A stretch of 63,977 nt of DNA, filler included, from Bigelowiella natans CCMP2755 (taxonomy: Eukaryota; Protista; Cercozoa), in assembly GCA_000320545.1 (NCBI GenBank). It is 9 parts of 9 records of this genome, joined end to end, with 100 filler letters (N's around TTAATTAATTAA, not from the genome) between each part and the next. Parts side by side here need not be neighbours in the genome. Positions count along the whole stretch, not along the records: positions 1 to 18,701 come from ADNK01000920.1; 8 more parts are not named here. One strand, written 5' to 3'. Positions 1 to 12,240 of this stretch are shown piece by piece. Under the pieces are notes generated by a model. It had not been told where the DNA came from. It searched no databases and saw only the letters and a list, made by a program, of their open reading frames with translations. A program made the translations under genes and the position numbers. Each line of letters begins with the position of its first letter. The first letter of the stretch is position 1.

Positions 1-54
1 CCCCCCCTGCCCCCCCTCCCCCCTTGTCTTGCCAAACGTGCTGCATCGCTCTAG

Positions 55-798
55 GAAACTTCATTCGCCTCCTCGACGGAGAGAACGTTCTGCAGGGAAA
101 TTCGTGCGACACCGTTTTTCGGACAGATACAGGTGGTAGTAGTAGTAGTAGTAGTAGTAGGAGGAGGAGTGTGAAGGATTGATTCACCTGTCATCAATGA
201 GAGCAACCAGAGAGTGAGGATGATGACGACGATGATGATGGTGATAGTGGTGATGGTGACCGAGTAGCTTGTGTTTAAAAAGCGTATGTCACACCTCTTC
301 TTTATTCGTCTTCTTTTGCTACCACTCGCTACCTGCCTAGCTACCACCCCCCCGCTACTATTCCATGGTATTATTTCAAAGGAAGAAAGGGACATTTCTT
401 TGATTCAAAAACATGCTCAACCAATAATATTTCGACGTCTTCATCTTCCGCACCACCACCACCAACAACAATATCATCTTTAACAATCAAGGGAACAAGA
501 ATAGAGGCCGTTTCTTGCTCACGACTTACCGAATTGCTTATCTTGGTACTGCGCCGGATATCGCCCATTTTCCCTGTATGCACGTTGTTGCTCTGGGTTG
601 ATGAACAGATAATATCAGTCAAGCGTAGAAGAATTGCGAGCCATCTTTCCCCCCCTTTTGGCCGCATTCTCTGGTATTTCCTCGCGTTGAAGAATGACGG
701 CTGATTGCTGCAGATGCGTCGGACCCGTGGGCGTCTTTCTTTGTCCCGCACGCCATGATCAAGACCTTCACGGTGACTGACTGTGTGGATTGTTTCAC

Positions 799-832
<34 letters not shown>

Positions 833-908
833 TATAACCCAGTCGCTCCGCGATCATCAGCGATATATGTAGATTGAATTTGCTGGTGGCATCATAGTGT
901 GGTTGTCA

Positions 909-960
<52 letters not shown>

Positions 961-962
961 CA

Positions 963-998
<36 letters not shown>

Positions 999-1787
999 GT
1001 CACGTTCTTAGGTCTCTGGCGCGCGACGCCTGCGAGTCGAAACAAGAGATTTCCGGTCGGTTGGTCTCAAATGATGGCGGCATCATCATCATTATCATCA
1101 TCATCATCACCATGATATATGTATAGTTGTCCACCATCGTCGCTTATCATGGAGCTCTTGCTTTCTCTGCTGCAAAACGTTAATATCATCAATATCTTAC
1201 AATTAACTATCACTTCTTCTTCTTCTATACTTCTTCCTCTTCTTCTTCTTCTTTTTCTTTTTCTTCTTCTTCAAGATCGATTGAGCTTAAGATGATCCAC
1301 GACAAAGGGCCTAATATGCTTAGAAGTGAGAGCTAGGAATCGGAAGAGGGGGGGGGGGGGGGTTGTGGTAGTAGCAGTCGCAGGCAGAAATAGTAGTAGT
1401 AGTGGTGGTGGTAGTAGTAACGTTGAGGCCTCGTGGGAGGAAGAGAATATATTTTTCCTTTTGTTATCGTCCCAGTATTTTGCTGGGGACTATGCTCAAT
1501 GTATCTCCCCTTTCTCCTCCCACCCCCTCTTCTTGCCTCATTGTCGCATCGTACGCTGTGTACTTCTATTCCCACCTCCAGATGTGGAGAGGTTCGTCTT
1601 GAACAGGGGGAGGAAGGTCTTCGCGTTCTTCCATAAATTTAAGAGCGCCCACATTGACGGTAACCGGTGACAGCAGCTGCAGCAGCAGCATCACTCACTT
1701 CTCTCAGCATCAGCATGATTATTCATAATCTTCTTCTTCTTCTTCTCCTTCTTCTTCTTCTATGACCCATTTAACTCTTTATGATAA

Positions 1788-1826
<39 letters not shown>

Positions 1827-4800
1827 CTCACTGACTTCCTGATATGCTGTGATCGGGCTGCGATGTTGGCCATCGTCACCGTCAGGCTGGGAACTTGCGC
1901 GTGGCGATCCCACCGAAGACTACAGACGCACGCTTCTGTCCTCGGGCAAATTCAGGATGTACGCCACCATGAAGGCCCCAATGATGACGATGATGATAAT
2001 GATAAGAGGGGTGGGTGGTGACCCTGATGCTGATGGGGGGGTTGTCCATTCTGTCTCTGTCGTTATTTTTGTTTGTTACTTGTTCGCCGCCGTGCGTCCC
2101 TCACCCCTTCCCTCCCTCGCCCCCCGGCTTCGCCTCCCCCCTCCCTGCATTCTCCCAGTGTTGATAACAAGTCCTACTCCGTGTGCACTTCGTACCCTGC
2201 CCAATTCGTGGTTCCCAGCTCCATCAGCGACGAGCAGCTGCAGAAGGTGATGACGACATCCGAAATCGCCCGGTGTATGCACGCAGTCAAAACAAGTTCC
2301 CCATCTCGAGCAATGTATTTACCATTCATATACCAACCCCACCGTTCCTCCTCCTCCTCCTCCTCCTCCTCCTCCCTCCCACCCTCCTCCCTCTCGTTTG
2401 TTTCTTATTCTTATTCTTACAGGTGGCGCAGTATCGAAGTAGGAGTCGAGTGCCCGCTACGGTATGGCTGCATCCTTCCACTGGAGCAAGCATTTCGAGG
2501 TAGTACTACGCGTGGTACTATGTGCTGGTGCACTGCTCCGACATCTTCTCACCCGATCTTCGTGGATTCTAGTGCACACCATGAGTATTATTGTTATGGT
2601 TTTCGTCCTTGCTCCTCTTGTTGTTGTTGTTGTTGTTGTGCCATTGCTATGCTAGGTGCGCGCAGCCCCTTGCTGGTTTTTTCGGTGGAAGATGCCTCGA
2701 GGACGAAAAATGGGTGTGCTCATGTCGCATGCGTGTACATTCAAATGTGTACAAATTAGCCTCTGCCGTGATTTGTGTAGGGTTGCTGCTTCACATGCTC
2801 ATCAGCATCGTTGTTTGCATGCCCAGTCACTGCTTGCCGCTACCATAGATTCACCTCCATTATAACTGTATTCGTCATCACAAATGCCGTGTCAGGTTCA
2901 AGCGTTGACCGATGGAGTGACAGAACTCGGTGTAAGGCTCCGCGAGGCGTATTTCTTGAGGAAGAGCCAGGAGGCCAAAGCGACTTCCTCGACCTCCTCC
3001 TCTTCCTCCTCCTCCTCCTCACTGTCCTCGGCGTCGGCCAGGAAGATGAAACTGATCATCCTGGACGCGCGGCCGTGGCAGGCTGCGATGGGAAACTCGG
3101 TGATGGGAAAAGGCACGGAGAACGCGGAGAACTACCGCGGCTGCACCCTGGAGTTCTGCCGCATTGATAACATTCACGCCGTCCGCAATTCTCTGGACAG
3201 CCTAATGGAGCTCTGCGCCCGTGCGTTCTCCAAGGACCCCGAGGCGCGCGCAGCTGCGAGCCAGACCTGGCTCTCGGAGCTCGAGGGCACCTCCTGGCTG
3301 CACTTCCAGTCGCTGCTGCTGACTGCGGCCAACAAGATTCGTGTCGCCGTGTCTATGGGAGTCAGCATCCTCGTGCATTGTTCCGATGGCTGGGACCGCA
3401 CTGCCCAGCTCGTCTGCCTGGCGCTGCTCCTGATCGACCCGCAGTACCGCACCATCGAGGGCTTCGTGCGGATGGTGGAGCTCCAGTGGTGCGCCTTCGG
3501 CCACAAATTCGCAGAGCGCTGCGGCCACTATGAGGACCCCAAGTTCCAGAAGAAACAGCAAGCGCCCGTCTTCGTGCAGTTTCTCGAGGCCGTTTGGCAG
3601 GTGCTGCGCCAGCACCCGACCGCGTTTGAGTTCAATGAGCGCTTCCTCTCCACCATCGCGTTCCATACGTATTCGTGCCGCTTCGGGACGTTCCTCTTCA
3701 ACACGGACAGGGAGCGCGACCGCTTCAAGGTGCGGAAGGAGACCACGTCGCTCTGGAGCTATCTCCTCTGCCCGCGCAACCGCTGCCGCTACATCAACCC
3801 CCTCTACAACTTTCGAAGGAGGAGCCGACGACGAGAAGGAAGAAGAAGAGGGGAGGGGGGGGAAGCCGGAAGGGGGGGGAACAAAGACACAGCAGCGAGG
3901 GAGGGAGGGGCTCCTGCCAGCTGCAAAAGCGAAAATGACGGCCAAAACAACTCAACGGCAGTCCCAATAGCCGGAATAGAACGTAGCGAGGCAGTGACGA
4001 AGAGGGAGGACGAGAAAAAGCTTAAAGAAGATCATAGCTCCACTGCTGACCGGAAGCAGCGAGAGGATAATGTAGATAATAATCAAAGTGAGGAGGAGGA
4101 GGAGGAGGAGGAGGAGGAGGAGGAAGAGCCCTTGATTGTAAATCCCAACATATATGCGTTGGGGTTCTGGGAGAGCTATCATCTGCGATGGCTTAAATTC
4201 CGAGGGAGAATATCATCAACAGCAAAACCAATGGCCGACGAAAGACTCTCGTCCTCCTCACGCCTTCACGGAACATCGACTATTGCATCAAGCACGACCC
4301 AGGGAGGGGGCAGCGTCTCCCGTATAACTTCAAAGCCAAGGATGATGGTCCAGGGCGGCGGCAGTTTAAGTGTTTTCGGCAGCAGCGATGGGTCGGAATT
4401 TGCGGCCAATTCGTTATTAAAAGGCGTCATCGACCCTACTGCTGTCACAACAGCGGTCACGTCGTCGTCGGACCTCCTCCCATCGAGGAGGAACAGCGGC
4501 GTCCTTGCCCCGTCAGCAGATAGGACACTTCGTGCTGCGGGTGCAGAGGCGGCCAAGTTGTATCTCCATCTCCGGGAATGGGCAGCCGAGAAGGGCTTAG
4601 ATCTCAACGAATTCGATGACCATACGCGCAGAAGAATAGGTGGAGGGGGAAGAGGAGGAGGAGGAGGAGGATTAGGAGGAAGGACCATAACGAGTAAATC
4701 CCTCGGGTCCTCGTTGGCAGCCTCTTCATCAGTAGCCTCTCCTCTGCTTCAGCAGCAGCAGCAGCAGCAAGATGACAATACCAAAACCAATAGTAGAAAC

Positions 4801-5154
4801 GCCATCACGTCTACGGATGCATCCTCCTCAAACTCTATCTCTGCAGCAAAGGCACTTGGCAGTAGAAGCTCCACAGCTAGGAATGTTAGCTCTACTAGCC
4901 ATCGATCCATCAACAACATCACCGCTGAAAACGTCAGCGTCAGTAGTACCTCCAGACAGAAACAGGAGAAACACGAAAAGAAAGGAATCCCTATGGAAAT
5001 CAAAATAGAAACAGCAGTTGTAAATCATCAAAAATCTTCCCTAGAAATCCCCGAGAGTCAGAAGCCGCAAAAACTTTGTCCTCCTGCGAAAAACGAGGAT
5101 GGCAATCCAAGCACCACATTAGATAGGACGGCGACAACGGCAGATTCATCGTAA
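55..5154 (+). CDS. Myotubularin-related phosphoinositide 3-phosphatase, multi-exon, 5' end probably outside window
   Basis: Large terminal exon (~2897-5154) encodes IILDARP, NSVMGKGTEN, IDNIHAVRNS, catalytic HCSDGWDRT (3376-3402), FGHKFAERCGH, FEFNERFL and YSCRFGTFLFN. Upstream GT-AG exons give family motifs: NKSYSVCTSYPAQFVVPSSISD (~2159-2246), VAQYRSRSRVP (~2423-2499), CAQPLAG (~2656-2713), RLRVETRDF (~1012-1055). Confidence 0.93.
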
Positions 5155-5394
5155 CCACTCGTGATGCAGTAGCATGGCAAGCGCAACGGTGAGCATTGTG
5201 TTTGCAAATCCACCACCAGGCTAGCATGGTGAGGTTAAGGATTTGTCATCAGCACAGCCATAGGAAGGTTTAGGAGAAAAATTGCATGCCTGACACTCCC
5301 ATCATGCATGCATGGTGCACATGGCATCACATGTCCATCATGCGTTTTGTGATCTGAGCTGTTCTAGTGTTGATGTTCGCACATCTCGCATTGA

Positions 5395-6344
5395 AGTAGA
5401 TGGTTCATGTCTTTCACGACACCACGTGCATTGTGCGTGGCACCTGCTTCCTCACATTGTCCTCGGGACAACACGAATTTTCCAGAGTTGCCCACTCTGC
5501 GTGCAACGTAGACCAGCAAACACTATGCCATCCCCACAGATGGACAGTGGAATTGAACGCATCCCAGCATCGATCTGGGAGGCAGCGACACTTGTCAATT
5601 TCAATTTGACACCACGACGACAGGATGCCGCAGATGCTTTTCAATGCACGAGCCACATTGCACAGACGACACAAGCAGATGTGGCCTGGGCGCTGTGGCT
5701 GCTGTTTTGCACAGCACATTGGAATGACAATTGAAAACGTTGGATCACTTCACATTGCATCCGACTCTTGTCTGCCATCATGCATTTCATGCATTCAAAA
5801 TCAGCATTCATGTGCACATGCCTGCGATGGCCTGCTTGCTAGACAGCACGGCATCCCCAAATCTCTGGCATCCACCTGTCCACCATCACTGCCTAGCCAC
5901 CACTGCTGGAGGAGATGGTCCATTTCTTTCACGACACCACGTGTGTTGCACGTTCCACATGATTCTTTGCATTGGCCACGGGACAACGTGAAACTTCCGA
6001 GATCGCCCACTGTGCAGATGGCGCGCATCAACTCCTGTGCATCCGTTTTTGTTTTTTCGTGGTCATGGCGACCACTGCCGTCCCCCCAACCCTCGCTTCA
6101 ATTCCGTGCTCAACATGCACAAATCCCTCAAGTCTCTTTTGAACACCTCAACCCGTCGCGCAACACAAATTTGCTTGATGAACACTTTGAGTTCGTCATG
6201 GTTCGTCAAGTCATGGGGAGTGTGCCCATTTCTGTTTTTGGCCTCAACATTTGCCTTCATGTCAACCAGGCACTTTGCGATCTCCAAATTGGCCTCTCTG
6301 GACCCCACCATCAAGGGGGTGTCACCTGATGCATCGCAATGCAT
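5395..6344 (-). pseudogene. Hypermutated relic of an ankyrin-repeat gene with an internally duplicated C-terminal module
   Basis: 6063-6344 reads GDTPLMVGSREANLEIAKCLVDMKANVEAKNRNGHTPHDL (ankyrin consensus, with C/H where Y is expected). Two related modules LSRGQCxExxxT(H/C)NxRGVVKxMxHLLQ at ~5395-5500 and ~5905-6015. Lies inside a TpA-depleted island. Confidence 0.65.
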
Positions 6345-7775
6345 TCATTTCAAATTGTGTAACATCTTCTACATCCAACACTACATGTGCTATCAATCAC
6401 TCAACACTCCAACTACTGACGCGGCAATGTTAACGCTACTGCTGCTACCCACCGAGAGGGCCTCGCTCCTCAACATTTGCGTTTTCCCCAATTAAACGCT
6501 TCAGATGGGCAAGGTCGTTGCCGTACATAGCTTTGAAGGTGTTGCCGCTGGCAAGGGTCGTGAGGGCATCAGACGACATCATTCTTCCGCGGTGTTTGAG
6601 CTAGCTTGATTCATCACGCGAGTTGCAGTTGCGATCGCGTTGGGCGTGAAGCGCGGGGACGAGCCATTTGCGCAGCGCCGGGCCTGATTTGGGACTACTA
6701 CTACCTGGAAATACCAGGCGGCAAACATCGCGAAAAACGTGCAGCGTGTGCTCTCAAATTCGGGACCGATGTTTTGCGAAGTTGCCCACACCCGAGAAAC
6801 AACCGAGCAGTGCTCATCGAGCCGGAAACATCGTGGAATGTTTGTCTCGTTGCGAGCAACGTGGAACAATTTCAACAGATTCCCAACAACGGGAGAGAGG
6901 GAGAGGAGAAGGAAGCACAGAGGCGAGTTCCATAGCGGTGCTCCGGCCGCCAGCATGGCCCCTCTTTTCTTAGTTCTCTTTCTTTTGCCCCTTCCACTTT
7001 CTGGCTTAAGACCCAACGGAAACAGAGCTGGTTTACGGAGCCATTATCCCATCCGAGCGCTTCAGCAGTCAGGACGACGATCGTCGGCGCGTCGCTCGAG
7101 TCATCGTGGTTGGCTTCCGGCGTTCACGTTCACGTTGCCGTTTTCGCTTTCCTCACCTCCTGCGTTGCTGCGTCGAGGAAATATTCCAGCTCATTCTCCT
7201 ATGGGCCGGGAATATGAAGAGGAACCCCCTCTCGGATTTCATCTTGGGGGCGGCAACAGCCAGCATGGCTTCAAGTCCCTTCTGCAGTTTCTCATCACTA
7301 AAGGTTTTTAAGAATATGCAGATACATTTGCTCCCTCTTCCCCTGTGGTTCTTACTGCTGTCCCCACCCACTGCCTAAAATCTTCCCGTTGGTTTAGGCG
7401 GCACTGAGGAGAGGGAGCTGGTTCACGAGATCCGAGTCGCAGCCTCAAAGCTCATCGCAAACATGTGACGCTATGTTTAAAATAATAACACCTGCCATTG
7501 TCATCATCATGCAATAACTTTTCCCCTTATTGCATTCCGTGCAACTACCTACTTGCATTGGTGTTATGAAGCACGGAGCTGGAAGCTAGCGCCCTGGTTG
7601 CGATGCCAGAGAAGCAGCTACTTTCCTTGATCAACGCCCACTACTTCGCTGCAGCTCAAAGGGAAAATACGAAGTCATTCGTCCTTGCTAGAATTTTGCG
7701 TCTATGTTCAGTTGTTACGGAAAATAGCGCCGGCGCGGTCAGACGGTAGACGTGCAGACCGCTGTTGCTGACAAT

Positions 7776-8556
7776 ATGGCGTTTGTTAGGAGAAATTCCG
7801 TCGGAGGAGCCAGTGTCAACGTCACAACCCTTTCAACCACCGTTGCCCAGAACGATGAAGGCTGGACATTTCTTCTTCCTATCGACACCGAGGTAGTTCT
7901 TCAACGCACAAATCAGTCCGAAAATCCAAAGCCGCACACGCAAAATCATCACAGAATTGGCCAACGGAAAAATTAAAAATCAGCAACAGAGCTTACGCGT
8001 ACACTACCAACTATATCCTACCACAGAAGGAGCGCCAGAAGCTGTCGAAAGGCTACCGCGATGCAATGTGAGAAGTTTGAGACGTAAAGAAGGGTAGCAG
8101 AGGAGCAGAGGAATCAAAAGCCATCATATGAGCTCGAATTAGTGATAATGCACCTATTCTTCTTCTTCTTCTTCTTCGTCGTCGTCGTCGTCGTCGTCGT
8201 TGCTCTCGTCCGCATTTGCCATCCTCTCATACTTGGACACAAGCGCTCACTTATGCTTACACACACGAGCATGCACGCAGGACTGGTCTCTCCACTTCAC
8301 TCTCTGAGGACATCAGCAAGCCGTCACCAACGCAGAGCCCACGAATGGTAATACACAGTTTTGGGAGGGGGTTTGGTGTAACGGAATTGGTAAGGATGTT
8401 CGATCTCCGATAGTAATAGCAGTAGCGCGCGCGCATATGTGTGCGTGCGTGTGTGTGTGTGTGTGTGTGCTAGGTCGTGGAATCTCTACTGAAAGCACTC
8501 GCCCGTGTAGACATTCCCACGTTCAACAACGGAATCAAAGTAGCAGCACTTGTAGC

Positions 8557-8589
<33 letters not shown>

Positions 8590-9650
8590 TGTTGTTGTAT
8601 TATCAGAAGTAATAGTAGCAACCAGAAGAATGTTAGCAGGATCCAAAGAATATCTATTTAGCCGAAAGGAGTGACGTAATTGCTGCTTCGCATATTTTCC
8701 AAGCCCCGATATTATTGGTAGCAGCTTCAAAATGTAGGTGAGGTGAATGGGGTATTGATAATGACGGTAGGTTATGCGGAATTTTATGCATCCTTCTAGC
8801 ACTCTGCAACGATTTAAAGACGACGAGGAGGTAGGCTGAGAGCTCCTTTATTAGCTGCAATCAATGCTAGTAGAATGTCCATACAAATCTGCAAACATAG
8901 AAAATTTCGGCTTAACTTGATTCACTGAACATCGGTCTTGTAATTCTTGCGATCAAATTGTGTTGCATTTGCATGCTTAGAGAGCAGCCATTTTGCATTA
9001 TTCCGCCACATCCTTACATCTAACTTTGTGTGTTTCGTGGGTGGGGGCTGAGGGATAGAGGGAAAAATACCGTAGAGCTATAAGTAATCGTCGCCTTTAG
9101 ATTGAACTATAGAATGTGGAAGAGTGTGATATGATTGTTTTGCTCTTAGACCACAGTCTTTGTGTGAAACGTGTTGTCATTGTTCGCAGTTGCGGCGAAA
9201 GATCGAAGAGACAAACTATCGATGTCTTCTGAATAATCGCGACTTCATGTGGTACAGAGAGCCTCTAAAGCAAAGAGGAGGAGAGGTACTACTTCCGAAA
9301 TAATAGAATGCTTACAAATCGTCAAGTTGGAAGAGAAAGTAGAATTTTTTGCCCTGCTACAGTGATTTGCTGTGTTGTAATATTTACAGTATGTACCATT
9401 TTTGTGCTAGATCGTCGAGATCAAGACCAAAGTGCTAGAGAGTGAGGTCCACTGCGCTGCGATTGCGGTTTCGGGTGGAAAATGGGTGTCATGGAAATTC
9501 GCATTTTTCAGTCACAGTTCGGGATCATAACACCGACGAAAATACCGATAAAGGATGATGACGATGGTGATCCTTCTCAGGCGAAAGATTGGGTGGAGAT
9601 TGAGTGGGTTCTGGAAGTGTTGAACTCTGTTTGGTATCTCAGACAGGTCA
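7776..9650 (+). CDS. Intron-rich gene of unknown function (boundaries approximate)
   Basis: ATG exon MAFVRRNSVGGASVNV...PIDTE followed by GT, then short AG..GT-bounded open segments (TGLSTSLSEDISKPSPTQSPRM; VVESLLKALARVDIPTFNNGIK; AKDWVEIEWVLEVLNSVWYLRQ). No family recognised. Confidence 0.4.
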
Positions 9651-10773
9651 GCTAGCACACGTGCACCTGACCAGGATTCATCATGCATCTAGAGCCCAGC
9701 TACTGTTTCTTCTCATACCGAATACTGTTCCTCAGGTTCGGACGAGAATCTGAAACCACGCGCTGTCCAAACTCTGCCAGACGAAAATATTGCGACCGTA
9801 CGACTTCCGTCAATTGCGTTTGCAGATTCGTGTTCCCGGAAGGCACATATAGCATGGCTATCTGCAAATTCAAACATCACATTCTGATCAGGCATCTGCT
9901 TCATGGAAAATCCTTTTTGATTTCAAACAAATCTACGTACCGCACACAGATGCTGTCGTTGTGCTACAGGGATGCATGTCCATTATGTCCATATACCATT
10001 CACGTATCGTATAGCCCTCAACAACATCTGTATACGCACCATACGCACCGATAGCGCTGCGATGGAAAGAACTGCTTAATGAGATCAAGGTTGCCGTACG
10101 CAATTATTATCGCATTCGAACGTGTGTACTGATATGTTCAGTTGCACATGAAGGCGCGATGCTATGACACACTGCTAAATCGCAGCAGTATGCCAAACAT
10201 CTCTAGATCTAGTGAAGCGCGCAGACGACCGACATTGTGACTTATGTTACGACTCAAGATAGTGTAGCATCTTCTCGCGTACTGTTTTTGCTGCGCCCTT
10301 GATCGATGAACATGCAAAGCTAGAGAGCATGAACGTGCGTTATATATTGATGGCAACAAATGTTTCATCATGTCGCGCACATGTTCGACATCGGAAAATG
10401 CGTAAAGAGACTCAGCCCTCTCACGAGAGCGGTGGGATGTTTTTGCATTAAACGCAACGAATTGAACACGCTCATTGCCGAGCTCTCATGCAACACGCAC
10501 AGTGTATACGTATACACATATATGGTGTGACAACATGCAATGTGTAAACAATGCATACTTCATTTATATGTGGCGCACATCACATGTTGATGTCATTATC
10601 ATTTAGCTTGCCCCTTGTAAACTTATTGCTCTTCAACATCTATGGAAGTAGAAGGCGGCGAATCAGGATGTCGAAAGCAACAGTATTTGGCGTTTTTCCA
10701 TAGCGCCTATAAATAAGAATCAGCGGTGCTATAGCTAGTATGCAGCTATTTAGCGACGACGTAATCTAACTCC

Positions 10774-12031
10774 TTATTTCCATTTGGCCCCAGTTGCTTC
10801 TATGCTCTTCTCCCAGATCATTTTTAGTTGTTCCTTGCTGTAACCAGCGCCTTTCTCTCTTTCATCATCAAGCAGTTCGGCATCGCCAGTAATGAACTTC
10901 GGTCCATAGAACTCTCCATTCTTGACTCCTTCCAACACAGATGCTAACGCAACACCGAGACATCCATCCTCTATACTCTGGCCAGATACGACGGCAAGTC
11001 CGTTGATGAATCTGGAATCATGTTCAAGCTTAGATTTCGACGAGTGTGCATTGGTTCGGGGCAGGTTGATAAGGTGTTTCGACTAGATCTTAGTGGTGTT
11101 AGTGATCTTAGCGTGTGTTGTATTAGCGGTGTTAGATGTGAGGGTGTTCGGATGTTGACCTATCCAACCAAGCTGATGCGTGCGTGTGAGACTGTAGACC
11201 AGAGTTGGTTGCGCCTGGGTGAGCGCACAAAGCCTTGAGAGCGTCCTTTGTACTGCCATGCTCCTCGATGTAATCTTGGAGAGCATACGTGAAAGCGAGG
11301 TTGGCCCTCTTGCTTTGCTGGTACCTGTGCCACTTGTTCATTGCTGCATCATCCCCCTTGCACTTGGAATCCTCCGCCCATTTCTTCTCAAAGCTGTCAG
11401 CTCTAAGCTCTTCATCAGGGGAATTCCTTGCTCAACTAGAATGAGAAACTATTCTGGCATCTCCCGTCTTCTTGGCAGTCTCGTTAAGGACGTCAAACAG
11501 CAAGGAGGTCAGCAAGAAATGAGAGAGATGGTTCGCCTGCATCTGGAGATCATAACCATCCTTAGTGCGTTTATCACCCTGGGCCATGAGCCCGGCATTC
11601 AAGACAAGGCAATCGAGGCCCCAGGAATTCTTCTTCAAGTCTTCCTGGATTTTCTTTGCGGCCGAGCGGACGCTCTCGAAGTCGCAAAGGTCGCATGTGG
11701 TCGCGACAACACCCCCTCCTTGTTTCGTTTCCTCGGCCAGTTTGGTGATAGTCTCGAACGCCTTCGCCGAGTGCTTGCTCTCCCTGTTGAGGAGGATCAA
11801 GTTCCCACCCTTCTTCGCAATGTTCTTGGCGAGAACGAAACCAATGCCACGGCTGGAGCCCGTGATAGCGTAGGTCTTGCCCTTGAGAGAGCTCGGCATC
11901 TTCTCAGCCCAGACTTTGGTTGCGAACTCTGTCTCTGGCTCAGGCTGGCTCGGGATTCTGAACACTGACACCAGAGCACACCGAATGAGCCCGGTGTATC
12001 CTATCTTGTCGGTGAATCGCTTGAGGGACAT
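10774..12031 (-). CDS. Short-chain dehydrogenase/reductase (retinol dehydrogenase/WWOX-like) with one intron (11012-11159) and an in-frame TGA at 11432-11434
   Basis: TGSSRGIG Rossmann motif, CDLCDFESV, LNAGLM, QMQANHLSHFLL, VSHSS*AR, catalytic YQQSK, AHPGATNS, and a typical C-terminus GEFYGP...IWEKSIEATG ending TAA at 10774-10776. Confidence 0.88.
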
Positions 12032-12240
12032 GCTTCTGGCTCTGCTTCTGGTCCTGGTTGTTTCTTCCTCGATGCGCGTTTTGTGCGAGTCAATCCTCGG
12101 AATCCCCGGGTCTCGAGGCGGTCCTCGGATCGGCATCGTCACCACCACCACGCTGCAAAAAATCTCGGTGATATTCAGGCATATTTGCCCAAAATCGACT
12201 GAGGAAAAATATCTCCCTTGGCGTGTCCCGCGCTCCGTGC

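Noticed and set aside
857-1126. ORFs with YIYI, THTH, ERER, CVCV runs throughout the window
   Set aside because: Translations of intronic microsatellites.
5281-6359. CpG methylation decay or fungal-type RIP as the cause of TG/CA excess
   Set aside because: CpG is plentiful in the islands and TA is lost rather than gained; codon evidence points to Tyr ancestors.
5312-6495. Cys/His-rich ORFs in the islands (also 12378-12871, 33209-33794) as novel metal-binding proteins
   Set aside because: ORFs are open in several frames on both strands because TAA/TAG stops are erased; the composition is a by-product of TG/CA enrichment.
6579-7378. Overlapping 70-190 aa ORFs as a gene or transposon ORF
   Set aside because: No recognisable motif or consistent frame; possibly a degraded element but unsupported.
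11400-11440. Genome-wide TGA reassignment, or a tiny intron removing the SDR TGA
   Set aside because: TGA terminates other genes here. The in-frame GT..AG options (27 or 36 nt) would delete the conserved SSxAR motif.
11219-11968. 249-aa plus-strand ORF
   Set aside because: Antisense shadow of the SDR coding sequence.
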